Source: an uncultured Chloroflexia bacterium (lineage in GTDB: Bacteria > Chloroflexota > Limnocylindria > QHBO01). Taken from it: 64,000 nucleotides of DNA. Made by a program: the position numbers and the translations under genes. The notes below the pieces were generated by a model. The model saw only the letters and a list, made by a program, of their open reading frames with translations, had not been told where the DNA came from and did no database searches. The stretch is from positions 544,001-608,000 of the forward strand of contig CAWGTN010000002.1 in the NCBI GenBank assembly GCA_963825525.1, in the 5' to 3' direction. This document shows, piece by piece, positions 1-11,424 of this stretch. Within the stretch, counting starts at the first letter, position 1; every line of letters starts with the position of its first letter.

Positions 1-2579
1 GTGAACGACTCGTTGGCCAGGAGCTCGCGGAGTCGGGCGATGCCGGCGTCGAGTTCGGCGACCTGCGATGCGCGCCGAGCCGATGACGCCGCGTCGGCGG
101 CGGCGTCCTGTCCGATCCACGCGACTCCCAGGCGCCCCGTGGCGACCAGCTCCGCACGTGCGCGGCCCTCGGCCGGCTCGATGGGACGCACCCGCGCCAA
201 TGCCTGGAGGTAATGCCTGGACGCGTCGAGGGCCGTGACCGACTCCGGGCTGGCCGGCTCGACGATCAGCGGGACCCACGCCGCGGCCGGCGTTCCGATC
301 TCGGTCCGCAGGTTGCGAACGCCGCGCACCAGGGAGGCGAGATCATCGAAGGTCGATTCCGCTTGCGGTGATCGGGTGCCCGCCGTCGGCCACTCGGCGG
401 TTGCGAGCAGCGGTGACGGGGCAGCGTCCGGTGCCGCCTCTCGCAGCGCCTCCCAGATCTTCTCGGTCACGAACGGCATGAGCGGATGGAGCAGGCGAAG
501 CAGGGTGGCGAGTCCGTCCGCCGCCGCAGCCCAGGTGGCCGCCCGATCGGCCGGCGATGCGTCGTCGCGACGCAGATCGACCTTCGCCATCTCCAGGAAC
601 CAGTCGCAGTAGTCGCCCCACGCGACGTCGTACACGGTCGCGGCATATCCACCCAGATCGAGCGCGTCGAGCTGGCGCGTTGCGCGCTCGACCGCATCGG
701 CCAACCGGGAGGTGATCCACTCCACCGCGATGCTGGGCGATGCCGCATCGCCGGCCGCCACGACCTCGGCCGGACGTGCCCCGAGGACGAACCGTGCGGC
801 GTTCCACAGCTTGTTGGTGAAATTGCGGCCCCCGTCGAGCTTTGCCTGGGTCAGGCGCATGTCGCTGCCCGGCGCCGAGCCGTTCATGAGCGCGAACCGA
901 AGCGCATCGGCGCCGATCTCGTCGACCATCGACAGCGGATCGATGGTGTTGCCCTTTGTCTTGCTCATCTTCAGGCCGCCCTCGGCACGAATCATCCCGT
1001 GGAGATAGACCGTGTGGAATGGCTCGCGATCGGTCAGGAAGAGGCCGAGCATCATCATCCGGGCGACCCAGAAGAACAGGATGTCGTAACCGGTCTCCAT
1101 CACGCTGGTCGGATAGAAGCGTGCCATGTCGGGAGTCTCATCGGGCCAGCCGAGCGTGCTGAACGGCCACAGGCCGGAGCTGAACCAGGTATCGAAGATG
1201 TCGGTCTCCTGGGTCAGGTCCGCTGCGGGACGAGCGCACTCGGCGCAGGCATCGGGGCCGGACTCGTCGTCGGTCACCGTCACGTGGCCGTCGGGGCAGA
1301 ACCACGCCGGGATGCGGTGGCCCCACCACAGCTGGCGCCCGACCGCCCAGTCGTGAATGTTCTCCATCCAGTGCGCGTAGACCTTCTCGAAGTGCGCGGG
1401 AAGGATCTTCGTGCGCCCCTCACGCACCGAGGCAAGGGCTCGCTCCGCCAGGGGCTGCACCTTGATGAACCACTGCACGCTCAGTCGCGGCTCGACGACC
1501 GTTCCGCAGCGATCGCAATGACCGACCACCATGTCATGCGGCTTGGTGTCGACGAGGTCGCCCATCTCGCGGAGGCGATCGAGGATGGCCTCGCGGGCCT
1601 CGTAGCGGTCCCGCCCGAAGAACTCTCCGCCCGCGGCGTTGATCCGGGCCTCCTCGTCGAGAACCGTGATTGCCTCGAGCCCGTGCCGCCGAGACATGGC
1701 GTAGTCGTCGGGGTCGTGCGCCGGGGTGATCTTCACCGCACCGGTTCCGAAGCCACGCTCGACATGGTCGTCGGCGACGATGGGCAGCCGCCGTCCGAGG
1801 AACGGCAGGATGGCGTGGCGGCCCACGAGTGCGGTGTACCGATCATCCTCCGGGTGGACCGCGACCGCCGTATCGCCGAGCAGGGTCTCGGGTCGCGTGG
1901 TGGCCACGCTGATCCAGGCATCGGGATCGGGCGTGCCGTCGGGTCGCTCGAGGTGGTAGCGGATCGTCCAGATCGTGCCCGTCTCGTCGTGATGCACGTT
2001 CTCGAGGTCACTGATCGTCGTCAGGCAGCGCGGACACCAGTTGACGAGCGCTTCTCCCCGGTAGACGAGACCCGCGTCCCACAGACGCTTGAATGCGGTC
2101 CGCACGGCTCGAGCGCTGCCGTCGTCCATGGTGAACCGTTCACGACTCCAGTCGGCGCTGGCACCAAGGCGCCGATGCTGTGCGCCGATGACGGCTCGCG
2201 TCTCGTCCATGAACTGCCACATGCGCTCCAGGTAGCGCTCACGGCCCAGCGAGGCGCGCGTCTCCCCCTCTTCGGCCAGGATTCGGTCGAGGACGAACTG
2301 GGCGGCGATGCTGGCGTGGTCGACGCCGGGCAGCCAGAGCGTGTCGTCCCCCCGCATCCGGTGATACCGGATCATCGTGTCTTCCACCGTCGTGACCAGT
2401 GCATGGCCGATGTGAAGCGCGCCGGTAACGTTGGGAGGCGGCTGGATGATGACGAACGGCTCACGGCCCGCCGGGTCGGCGGCCGGCGTGAAGACGTCGG
2501 CCTCCATCCAGGACTCGTACACGACCGGCTCGACAGCCGCCGCGTCGTAGCGCGGGGCCAGCTCGCGTGGGGTCGTCAT
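1..2579 (-). CDS. valS: Valine--tRNA ligase (3' end runs off the window)
   Basis: Manual translation of the minus strand from ATG 2579 (RBS AAGGAGG): MTTPRELAPRYD..., HIGH motif QPPPNVTGALHIGHA, KMSKS-type motif LKMSKTKG. It is missing from the ORF track because it has no stop inside the window. Confidence 0.97.
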   Translation of the reverse strand, partial: MTTPRELAPRYDAAAVEPVVYESWMEADVFTPAADPAGREPFVIIQPPPNVTGALHIGHALVTTVEDTMIRYHRMRGDDTLWLPGVDHASIAAQFVLDRILAEEGETRASLGRERYLERMWQFMDETRAVIGAQHRRLGASADWSRERFTMDDGSARAVRTAFKRLWDAGLVYRGEALVNWCPRCLTTISDLENVHHDETGTIWTIRYHLERPDGTPDPDAWISVATTRPETLLGDTAVAVHPEDDRYTALVGRHAILPFLGRRLPIVADDHVERGFGTGAVKITPAHDPDDYAMSRRHGLEAITVLDEEARINAAGGEFFGRDRYEAREAILDRLREMGDLVDTKPHDMVVGHCDRCGTVVEPRLSVQWFIKVQPLAERALASVREGRTKILPAHFEKVYAHWMENIHDWAVGRQLWWGHRIPAWFCPDGHVTVTDDESGPDACAECARPAADLTQETDIFDTWFSSGLWPFSTLGWPDETPDMARFYPTSVMETGYDILFFWVARMMMLGLFLTDREPFHTVYLHGMIRAEGGLKMSKTKGNTIDPLSMVDEIGADALRFALMNGSAPGSDMRLTQAKLDGGRNFTNKLWNAARFVLGARPAEVVAAGDAASPSIAVEWITSRLADAVERATRQLDALDLGGYAATVYDVAWGDYCDWFLEMAKVDLRRDDASPADRAATWAAAADGLATLLRLLHPLMPFVTEKIWEALREAAPDAAPSPLLATAEWPTAGTRSPQAESTFDDLASLVRGVRNLRTEIGTPAAAWVPLIVEPASPESVTALDASRHYLQALARVRPIEPAEGRARAELVATGRLGVAWIGQDAAADAASSARRASQVAELDAGIARLRELLANESF

Positions 2580-2600
2580 CGGTCTGCCTCCTTCGTCGGC

Positions 2601-2805
2601 AACAACAAGACCCGCTCGTCGAAGGACGAACGGGTCGTGGTACCACCTTCATTCGCGGCCAGGGGCCGCCTCGTCTACCGCGATATCGGGCGGACCCGGC
2701 CGGCTCACGTGCGACGTTCACCCTCTCGCTGCGCAGCGGGCTCGCAGCCGATGGCCCGCCTCTCTGAGCGTCCGATCGAGGGGTACTCCTCACGGTCAAT
2801 GCCGT
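2601..2805 (-). promoter_or_regulatory. T-box riboswitch (Val, GUC specifier) with intrinsic terminator
   Basis: Minus strand shows the AGUA, CAGAGAG and GCUG boxes of stem I, specifier GAAC-GUC (2715-2713), T-box AAGGUGGUACCACG (2649-2636), terminator hairpin GACCCG...CGGGUC (2636-2609) and a U-rich tail. An extended -10 TGcTAGACT lies at 2820-2812. Confidence 0.92.
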
Positions 2806-2863
2806 GGCACGAGTCTAGCACCCGCCCGCGTGGGCGGACTGCCGGGTGATGAGCCGTGCGTGG

Positions 2864-4135
2864 TCAGTGTGGTCGCGCGAGCGTCACTCCCAGGCCACCG
2901 TCCGGCTGCGCCTCGATCGTGGCGCCGTCGCCCTCGATCTTGGCAATCGCTGCGGCGACGTCAAACCCGGCAGGATGAAGGGCGCGGAAGACGAACTCGC
3001 CGGTCGGCCCCAGGCTCAGGCTCACGCCCTCGATCCCATCGGCGCCGGCCAATGCCTGACGGAAGCCGGTGATCGCACCGAAGCTGCCCAGGCCCTTGAC
3101 ACGGACCTCGGTCGCGGTCGGCTCTGCCGATGCGGTCGCGGGAGCTTCGGACGCCTCGAGTTCGGCGAGCCGCGCGGCAAGCGCCGCATCGGCCGCGCCA
3201 GTGGTTGCCTCCGCGGTCGCGTCGGCGGGAGCTTCGTCCACCTCGTCGCGCACGGGAGCAACGGCGGGTGCCTCGAGCTCAGAGGCCTCCTCGGTCGTGT
3301 CCAGCCGAGGCGGTGTCGGCATCTTCTTTGCGGCGGCCGCAAACGCCGCGGGGTCCGCGATGTCACTGAGTTGCGCGTGGTAGGCGTCGAGCTCGCGCTC
3401 GTATGCCGCGACCCGATCACGGAGTGCCTGCGCTTCGGCCTCGGCCCGGGTGGCCTCGGCGGCCAGCTGCTGGTCCAGCTCGGCGCGTCGCGCAACCTTG
3501 CGCTGCTCTGCCTCGGTCGCGATGCGCTCGGTCTCCGCCTTTGCCCATTCGCCGATGGCAGCAACGTCGCGCTCGGCGCGAGCCTTCTGCTCGTCTCGGC
3601 GGTGTTCGGCATCGGCCTCGAGGGTTCGCACCTGCTCCTCGGCCTTGGTGCGCAGGTCCGACAGTCCGGACTGCCGAGTCTCCTCGGCCACGCGACGCAT
3701 GGCGGCCACGAGGTCGCGCATGAAGCCCGCGGAGGTATCGGCAGGGCGGCCGGAGGCCTCGACGACGGCGACGGCAGGAGCAGGCGCCGGACTCGCCGAT
3801 TCGGCCTCGGCTGACGGGGCTGGGGTCGGCTCGGCGGCCGCGGCCTTCTCGGCTTCTGCGGACGTCGGCTCTGCCTCGGCGGCGGTTGGTGTTGGCGTGG
3901 AGGCCTCGGCGGGAGCTGGTGTCTCGTCGCTCGCGGCCGATGGCGGCGTTGCCTCAGGCGTGTCGGAGGGCGACGCGGCGGCGAGTGACGGGGCAGGCGA
4001 CGCCTCGGCGGCGGCCTTCGACGCATCCTCGGCCGGAGCCGGGGACTGCGCGCTCGCATCTTCCTCGGGCGCCGTCCCATCGGGTCCCGTGCCCCATGGG
4101 AGCCGGAACCCGGGTCGGCGTTGATTCGAGGTCAT
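2864..4135 (-). CDS. Hypothetical protein: Ala/Pro/Glu-rich N-terminus, central coiled coil, small C-terminal alpha/beta domain
   Basis: ORF 2864..4213; likely start MTSNQRR at 4135 after AAGGAG; E/A/R heptad-rich helical middle. Confidence 0.75.
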   Translation of the reverse strand: MTSNQRRPGFRLPWGTGPDGTAPEEDASAQSPAPAEDASKAAAEASPAPSLAAASPSDTPEATPPSAASDETPAPAEASTPTPTAAEAEPTSAEAEKAAAAEPTPAPSAEAESASPAPAPAVAVVEASGRPADTSAGFMRDLVAAMRRVAEETRQSGLSDLRTKAEEQVRTLEADAEHRRDEQKARAERDVAAIGEWAKAETERIATEAEQRKVARRAELDQQLAAEATRAEAEAQALRDRVAAYERELDAYHAQLSDIADPAAFAAAAKKMPTPPRLDTTEEASELEAPAVAPVRDEVDEAPADATAEATTGAADAALAARLAELEASEAPATASAEPTATEVRVKGLGSFGAITGFRQALAGADGIEGVSLSLGPTGEFVFRALHPAGFDVAAAIAKIEGDGATIEAQPDGGLGVTLARPH

Positions 4136-4288
4136 GTCCGCATACGCTCCTTCGTTCAATGGCTCGTCGCCTCGCAGGCGGTGGGAGCGGCAACATCCTA
4201 GCCCCAACACCACCCTTAATCAGACCAACCGGAAGTACCCCTCGGACACGGACCACCGTACCCCACCGGCGTTGCTACCATGCCCGCC

Positions 4289-5170
4289 ATGCTCGACTTC
4301 ATGGACGTGGCCGCGGCGGCGCTGGCCGTGCGGCTGATCCTCATCGCGGTTGCTGCGGTCGCGGCGTTCCTTCTGGTGCGGGCCGTGGTGCGAATCGGCG
4401 TGAGAGAGCTCGTCGAGCGACGCACCGAGGAAACCGGCGCCCCGCTCCTCGAAGCGCCGGAGCTCGAGAGGCGGATGCACACGATCGCCCGGCTGCTGGT
4501 CCGCGTCGCGGGTGCGACGATCGGCGTGGTCGCCGTGCTGATGTCCCTTCAGCTGTTCGGCATCGACATCGGCCCTGCCGTGGCCGGGCTCGGCGTGGTC
4601 GGCATCGCCGTCGGATTCGGGGCGCAGACCCTGATCCGCGATTGGCTGGCCGGGATCTTCATCGTCCTCGAGAACCAGTACAGCCAGGGAGATGTCGTGA
4701 GCATCGCCGGGGTCGAGGGCAAGGTGGAGGACTTCAGCCTGCGCCGGACCACGCTCCGCGATCTGAGCGGCACGGTCCACACCGTCCCGAACGGACAGAT
4801 CACGGTGGCATCCAACATGACCCGGCTGTTCGCCCGAGTGAACATGGACATCAGCGTGGCATATGACACCGACCTGGATCTTGCCAGCGAGCTGATCGAC
4901 CGCGTCGGCGACGACATGCTCGCCGATCCCGAGTGGGGCAACCGGATGCTCGAGGCGCCTCGCGTCGTTCGCGTCGACGCGCTGGCCGACTCGTCGGTCA
5001 CCCTCAAGGTCCTTGGCGAGGTCCGGGCGGCGGAGCAGTGGGCCGTCGGCGGCGAGCTGCGCAAACGGATTCTCGCCGCGTTCAACCGCGGCGGCATCGA
5101 GATTCCGTTCCCGCACCGGGTGGTCGTGAACCGGGGTGGCGCGGCCACGGCTGCCGGGGACGACGCCTGA
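4289..5170 (+). CDS. mscS: Small-conductance mechanosensitive channel (MscS family)
   Basis: TM helices, GIAVGFGAQTLIRD motif, GDVV..G.EGKVE and VPNG beta-domain motifs; -10 TACCAT 7 nt before ATG 4289. Confidence 0.92.
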   Translation: MLDFMDVAAAALAVRLILIAVAAVAAFLLVRAVVRIGVRELVERRTEETGAPLLEAPELERRMHTIARLLVRVAGATIGVVAVLMSLQLFGIDIGPAVAGLGVVGIAVGFGAQTLIRDWLAGIFIVLENQYSQGDVVSIAGVEGKVEDFSLRRTTLRDLSGTVHTVPNGQITVASNMTRLFARVNMDISVAYDTDLDLASELIDRVGDDMLADPEWGNRMLEAPRVVRVDALADSSVTLKVLGEVRAAEQWAVGGELRKRILAAFNRGGIEIPFPHRVVVNRGGAATAAGDDA

Positions 5171-5188
5171 CGGGCGCAGCGCCCCGGT

Positions 5189-5692
5189 TCAGCGGACGTG
5201 CGCCTCGCCGACGTACTCGAGGAACCCGATATCGCCAGGTGACGCACCGGCCGCCGACAGGAGAGTGGCGGCATCCGCAGCCTGCTGCGCCCCGTGACTG
5301 ACCAGGTGCTGGACGAAGATCCAGCGCGGTAGAGCGCGGCTGCTCAGGCCGGGTCGGGTCGACTCCACGAGGTCATCGTCGGTGAGCGAATTGACCCACG
5401 CCCCGAGCGCCTCCGATTCCTTCACCCACCGTTCGCGGAGGATCGCGACCGTCGGAAAGTCCTCGGGGCGGAGATCCTCAGCGTCGGCCCACTCGCTCTC
5501 GGGGCGCCCCTCGAGCGCCAGGCGCCAGCTCCACTCGACATCGAGCTCGTGGACGAGGGTGGCCCGCAGGCCACGGATGGTCAGGTGGTCATCGGCCTCC
5601 CAGGCATCTCGGGGCAGACGTGCGGCGGCATCCAGCAGTCGGCGGTTCGTCCACCACAGGTGCTCGATGAGCAGGCGGAGCGCGGGTCCCAT
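5189..5692 (-). CDS. DinB/YfiT-like family protein
   Basis: LRATLVHELDVEWSW and QHLVSHGAQQ four-helix DinB-type motifs; directly downstream of clpX. Confidence 0.8.
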   Translation of the reverse strand: MGPALRLLIEHLWWTNRRLLDAAARLPRDAWEADDHLTIRGLRATLVHELDVEWSWRLALEGRPESEWADAEDLRPEDFPTVAILRERWVKESEALGAWVNSLTDDDLVESTRPGLSSRALPRWIFVQHLVSHGAQQAADAATLLSAAGASPGDIGFLEYVGEAHVR

Positions 5693-5727
5693 CCCCGTGC
5701 CGGGGGCATCGGTGGATCCGGACGTGG

Positions 5728-7035
<1,308 letters not shown>

Positions 7036-7087
7036 CGCGGCCGATGGTAGCACGGGCCCGCCAATCGTCCGCCACTCCCCGATGGTC

Positions 7088-7594
7088 ATGGCGACGTACG
7101 ATCGACCCATGTCGATGCTCCGCTTCGGTCGCGCCGAGACCTCGATAGGGCCACGCCTGGTGGCGGAGACCGATGCGGGAGTCGCCGCGTCCGGAGGAGC
7201 CGATGAGCTCGAGGGGTTCCTCGCCGGGCTGCGGCGACGGTTCGCCGTTGCTCCCGAGGCAGCCGATCTCGACGCCGGATGGATCGAGGCCGCACTTACG
7301 GGAGGCCCGCTCCCCGCGGTGGACTTTCACGGCCTGAGCGACTTCGACCGCCGCGTCTACGAGGTCGTGCGTGGCATTCCGGCCGGCGAGACCGTCACCT
7401 ACGGCGAGGTGGCGGCCATGATCGGATCACCGGGCGGCGCACGCGCCGTTGGCGGGGCGATGTCCCGCTGCCCGCTCTTCCCGGCGATCCCCTGTCACCG
7501 GGTGGTCCGGGCCACCGATGGATGGTCCGGATGGGGTGGAGACGATCGGCTCAAGCGCGAGCTCCTGCGCCGAGAGTCCGCTCCTCGTCGTTGA
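7088..7594 (+). CDS. ogt: Methylated-DNA--protein-cysteine methyltransferase (MGMT/Ogt family)
   Basis: [20 protein letters not shown] and active-site PCHRV motifs; exact start uncertain (7082/7088/7109). Confidence 0.88.
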   Translation: MATYDRPMSMLRFGRAETSIGPRLVAETDAGVAASGGADELEGFLAGLRRRFAVAPEAADLDAGWIEAALTGGPLPAVDFHGLSDFDRRVYEVVRGIPAGETVTYGEVAAMIGSPGGARAVGGAMSRCPLFPAIPCHRVVRATDGWSGWGGDDRLKRELLRRESAPRR

Positions 7595-7599
7595 CGCGG

Positions 7600-8271
7600 C
7601 TACTTCTTGGCCTTCTCCGATGCCGGGGCCGCGGTCGCCGGCGCCTCCGGTACCTCGCCGCCGTCCTTCTGGGCCATGCTGATCAGCGACTCGGTGTTCC
7701 CGGCGAACACCTCGTCGATGAGGCCGTAGGCCTTCGCCTCTTCCGCGCTCATGAACTTGTCGCGCTCCGAGTCGCGCTTGACGGTGTCGAAGTCCTGCCC
7801 GGTGTGCTCGGCCAGGATGTGCATGAGCCGATCCGTGAGATGCATCATCTCGCGCATCTGGATCTCGACATCCGGGGTGTTGCCGCGGAACCCACCGGAG
7901 CCCTGGTGGATCATGACCCGCGCATTCGGCAGCGCGTATCGCTTGCCGGTGGCGCCGGCGGCCAGCAGGACGGCGCCCATCGACGCGGCCTGGCCGATGC
8001 AGATGGTGCTGACCGGTGCGCGCAGGTACTGCATCGTGTCGTAGATGGCCATGCCGCTGGTCACCACGCCGCCCGGTGAGTTGATGTAGAGCTGGATGTC
8101 CTTCTCCGGGTCTTCCGACTCGAGGAACAGCAGCTGCGCGATGATGAGGTTGGCGACGTTGTCCTCGATCGCATCACCCAGGAAGATGATGCGGTCCTTG
8201 AGGAGCCGCGAGTAGATGTCGAACGCGCGCTCGCCACGGGCGCTCGACTCGATGACCATCGGGACCAGCAT
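7600..8271 (-). CDS. clpP: ATP-dependent Clp protease proteolytic subunit
   Basis: [26 protein letters not shown] (Ser), MIHQ (His), ERD (Asp). Confidence 0.98.
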   Translation of the reverse strand: MLVPMVIESSARGERAFDIYSRLLKDRIIFLGDAIEDNVANLIIAQLLFLESEDPEKDIQLYINSPGGVVTSGMAIYDTMQYLRAPVSTICIGQAASMGAVLLAAGATGKRYALPNARVMIHQGSGGFRGNTPDVEIQMREMMHLTDRLMHILAEHTGQDFDTVKRDSERDKFMSAEEAKAYGLIDEVFAGNTESLISMAQKDGGEVPEAPATAAPASEKAKK

Positions 8272-8274
8272 CGG

Positions 8275-9651
8275 TTATGCGGACTCCTCGGGCTGCTCGG
8301 GGGTTGTCTCTGATTCTTCGGCATCGGGCGCCGGATCTGGCTCGGTCGCCGACGTATCGGGTCCGATGGCGCGCTCGATCAGCGTGTCGACAAGTGTACG
8401 GTTGCGGAGCGTCATGCGCAGGTAGGACCGGCCACGGCGCGAGGTGAGGTATTCGCGGAGCTTCGGGTCGTTCTCGTAGCGCGCCAGCTGTTCGGCAATC
8501 TCGGCCTCGATCTGGTCATCGGTCGCGTCGATCCCCTCCTTCTCGGCAATGGCCGACAGGACAAGGAGCGTCTTCACCCGCCGCGACGCGGGCTCACGGA
8601 GCTCGGCGGCCAGCTCCTCGGGCGTCTGCTTCGAGAGCGCCAGGTACTGCTCCATCCCGACTCGCTGCTGGGCCAGCCGCGTCTGCAGCTCGTCGCGCAT
8701 GATCTCGATCTCGTTCGCGACCATGACCTCGGGCAGCTCGACATTGGCGTTGGTGCTCGCGAAGTCGATGATCCGATCGCCCAGCGCGTGGCGCGCCTCG
8801 GCCTCGGCGCGCTTCTTCATGGCGTCGCTGATCTCGGCGCGCAGCGCGTCGACCGTCTCGACGTCGCCGACGCTCTTCGCGAATTCGTCGTTGACCTCGG
8901 GCAGGATCTTCTCGCGCAGGTCGATCACCTCGACCTCGAAGTGCGCCTGCTTGCCCTGGAGCTCCTCCACTCGATAGTCGTCCGGGAAGCCGATGTCGAA
9001 GCCCTTCGAGTCGCCGATCTTCATCCCGACGAGGTTGTCCTCCCAGCCGGGGATCATCCGGTCGTCGCCGATGACGAGCGGCATCCGATCGGCCGATCCG
9101 CCCTCGAACGGTTCGCCGTCGATCGACCCGACGAACTTCACGCTGGTGAGATCGCCCTTCTGGGCGGCGCGCTCGTCCACCGGCCGCAGGGTTGCCTGCT
9201 GCTCGCGGAGCTCCTCGATGACCTGGCTCACCTGGTCATCGGTGACCTCGGGGATCTCGAGGCCGAATGGGTAGTCGGTGTAGGACCCGAGCTCCACGTC
9301 CGGTCGAACCGGCACCGTGGCGGTGAACGTCAGGGGCTGGCCCTCGACCACCGCCGCCGGGTCCAGGTCAACCTCGGGCTGGTCGATCGGCATCACGTTG
9401 GACTGGGTGAGCGCCGCGTCGTAGCTCTCGCTCACGAGGTGATCGATCGCCTCGGCCAGGACGCTGCCACGCCCGACGAAGCGGTCGATCACGTTGCGCG
9501 GGGCCTTGCCCGGGCGAAAACCGGGAACCTTGGTGCGCTCGGCCACGTGCCGGTAGGCGGTGGCGAAGTGATGGGCGACCTCCTCGGCCGGCACCTCGAT
9601 CTCGAGGACCATCTTCGAGCCAGGTTCGGGTCGCGTCGATACGGTGACCAA
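8275..9651 (-). CDS. tig: Trigger factor
   Basis: Ribosome-binding motif VPGFRPGKAP, FKBP domain (MIPGWE); TTG start at 9651 after AGGAG; synteny with clpP. Confidence 0.95.
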   Translation of the reverse strand: MVTVSTRPEPGSKMVLEIEVPAEEVAHHFATAYRHVAERTKVPGFRPGKAPRNVIDRFVGRGSVLAEAIDHLVSESYDAALTQSNVMPIDQPEVDLDPAAVVEGQPLTFTATVPVRPDVELGSYTDYPFGLEIPEVTDDQVSQVIEELREQQATLRPVDERAAQKGDLTSVKFVGSIDGEPFEGGSADRMPLVIGDDRMIPGWEDNLVGMKIGDSKGFDIGFPDDYRVEELQGKQAHFEVEVIDLREKILPEVNDEFAKSVGDVETVDALRAEISDAMKKRAEAEARHALGDRIIDFASTNANVELPEVMVANEIEIMRDELQTRLAQQRVGMEQYLALSKQTPEELAAELREPASRRVKTLLVLSAIAEKEGIDATDDQIEAEIAEQLARYENDPKLREYLTSRRGRSYLRMTLRNRTLVDTLIERAIGPDTSATEPDPAPDAEESETTPEQPEESA

Positions 9652-9669
9652 GTCAGCTCCTGTGCGGCG

Positions 9670-9753
9670 TGGTGGGCGAGGCGAGATTCGAACTCGCACG
9701 TCTTGCGACACCGGCTCCTAAGGCCGGCGCGTCTGCCGTTCCGCCACTCGCCC
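9670..9753 (-). tRNA. tRNA-Leu(TAG)
   Basis: GGGCGAGTGGCGGAACGGCAGACGCGCCGGCC-TTAGGA-GCCGG, long variable arm, GTTCGAATC, encoded CCA. Confidence 0.97.
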
Positions 9754-9872
9754 TCGAGATTGTGCTCACGAATCGCGAAGGCGCGAACCGTGGCGTTAGG
9801 GGTCGCGATGGATCGGCGGTCATTGTAGGCGGACCCACCGATGCCGGCACGTGGTGAAACCGGAGCGTCAGC

Positions 9873-10676
9873 TCAGGGCCTGAGCAGCTCGAACACCTGG
9901 GTCGGGCCGGAGAAACCCTTGAGCACTCGATCAGCGGCGTCGTCGAAGGAGAAGCCCTTGTCGACGCCCAACTCGCGGATGACGTCCGATGTGAGGATAT
10001 GCCCCGCGACGGCGACATCGCAGATGCGGCTTGCGAGGTTGACCGTCGATCCGAAGATGTCGTCGTTGTGGCGGACCGGCTGGCCACCCGCCATGCCGAT
10101 CCGGACGCGGAGGTCCTGAGCGGCGCCGGCGGCGTTCCTCGCATCGAACGCGTCCTGGATCGCCACCGCGCACTCGAGCGCCTTTGCGACGTCATCGAAC
10201 GAGGCCATGATGCCGTCGCCCGTGTGCTTCACCTCCCGGCCCCGTGACGCGACCAGTGCGCGCCGAATGATCAGGTCGTGCTCGGTGAGCAGGACCATGA
10301 ACGCCGCCTCGCCATGTTCCTCGAGCAGCGCGGTCGAGCCCTCCAGGTCGGTGAAGAGAATGGTCCGAAACGGGCTGGTGCCATCGGCGCTCTCGGCCGG
10401 GTCGTTGATCTTGCCGAGGAAGCGCAGGACGTTGTCCTCGGCGACGCTGATGATCTCGTTCGGGATCATGCCGTGCGCCTCCTTGTGGAGCGCCACGAGG
10501 TCGTCCGCGCTCGGTGCTTTGGCGAGGCAGAAGACTTCGGCGCGGTCGATGTCGAACCAGTACGCAAGCAGCTGCACGCCGTACTTCGCGGCCGGTATGA
10601 GGTCGAGTGCGTGGGCTTCCGCGACCTGCTCGGGGGTGACGCCGGGCAGGTCATGTCGGTCCATGAACATCGGCAT
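9873..10676 (-). CDS. DUF4242/SCO4226-like N-terminal domain fused to class III adenylate cyclase
   Basis: N-terminal MPMFMDRH...AH..D...YW...FCL..AP...H..AH; cyclase motifs FTDLEGST, KHTGDG, DIFGSTVNLASRIC. Confidence 0.88.
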   Translation of the reverse strand: MPMFMDRHDLPGVTPEQVAEAHALDLIPAAKYGVQLLAYWFDIDRAEVFCLAKAPSADDLVALHKEAHGMIPNEIISVAEDNVLRFLGKINDPAESADGTSPFRTILFTDLEGSTALLEEHGEAAFMVLLTEHDLIIRRALVASRGREVKHTGDGIMASFDDVAKALECAVAIQDAFDARNAAGAAQDLRVRIGMAGGQPVRHNDDIFGSTVNLASRICDVAVAGHILTSDVIRELGVDKGFSFDDAADRVLKGFSGPTQVFELLRP

Positions 10677-10740
10677 GTGTCGTCCTCAGATGCGGCTGCC
10701 CGTACCCAGCCTACTCCGGCCGTGCGAGATTCCGCACCTC

Positions 10741-11424
10741 CTACCCGGAGGTACGGCTCATGCCCGAATAGTCCTTGCGCCGGTCCGCGGCCGCCGCGGC
10801 CTCGCGCTCCGCCTTCGAGCGCGTCATGTCGTTCTTGATGTCATCCGGCTCCGGCTCCGCTGCACCGCCGGCTGTGCCGAGCGCGTCGAGCGTGGCATTG
10901 CCCCGCGGGGCATCGCCGGAGAGGAAGCGTTCGACGGCCTTGCGGGCGAGAGCGGCCGTCAGGATGGCAGCACCCGCCTCGAAGGCGTTCCAGGCGGCCC
11001 GCTTGGGACCCGGAGGGCCCTCGGCCGCCTGCTTCGCCAGCTGCTTCGCCACCTTCTTGTGCTTCTTCGGATCATGCCGCCAGCGCAGGAGCTCCGCGGA
11101 CAGCGTCTCGCGAGCCTCCGCCGCCCGCGGCCCGATGGAGCCGGCCATCGAGTCGACCCAGCCCTGCATCGGCTTCGGCAGCGCGTCGAACGCCTTCTCC
11201 GGCTCGGAACGGAAGACGCGGCGTCGCGCGAGCTTCGCCACCCGAATCGGTCCTCCGACCAGCAGGAAGACGGCCCCCGCACCCAGGCCCAGCACCAGCG
11301 CCGGGTTCTCCTTGAAGCGCTTCTTGACGTCCAGCGCATCCCGGAGCTGATCGGCGGTCCGCTCGAGCTCGGTGCGCTGGGCGCTGATGGCTAGCCGCGT
11401 CTCAGCAAGCGGTTCTTCGCCCAT
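10741..11424 (-). CDS. DUF3618-like protein
   Basis: N-terminal 'ISAQRTELERTADQL' helix followed by a TM segment; typical partner downstream of YqjE-like genes; start uncertain. Confidence 0.65.
   Translation of the reverse strand: MGEEPLAETRLAISAQRTELERTADQLRDALDVKKRFKENPALVLGLGAGAVFLLVGGPIRVAKLARRRVFRSEPEKAFDALPKPMQGWVDSMAGSIGPRAAEARETLSAELLRWRHDPKKHKKVAKQLAKQAAEGPPGPKRAAWNAFEAGAAILTAALARKAVERFLSGDAPRGNATLDALGTAGGAAEPEPDDIKNDMTRSKAEREAAAAADRRKDYSGMSRTSG

Noticed and set aside
486-2849. 787-aa + strand ORF and other long antisense ORFs (e.g. 18108..21701, 25900..27792, 32078..34480, 57358..58974)
   Set aside because: Shadow ORFs opposite well-recognised genes, expected in high-GC DNA; no recognisable motifs.
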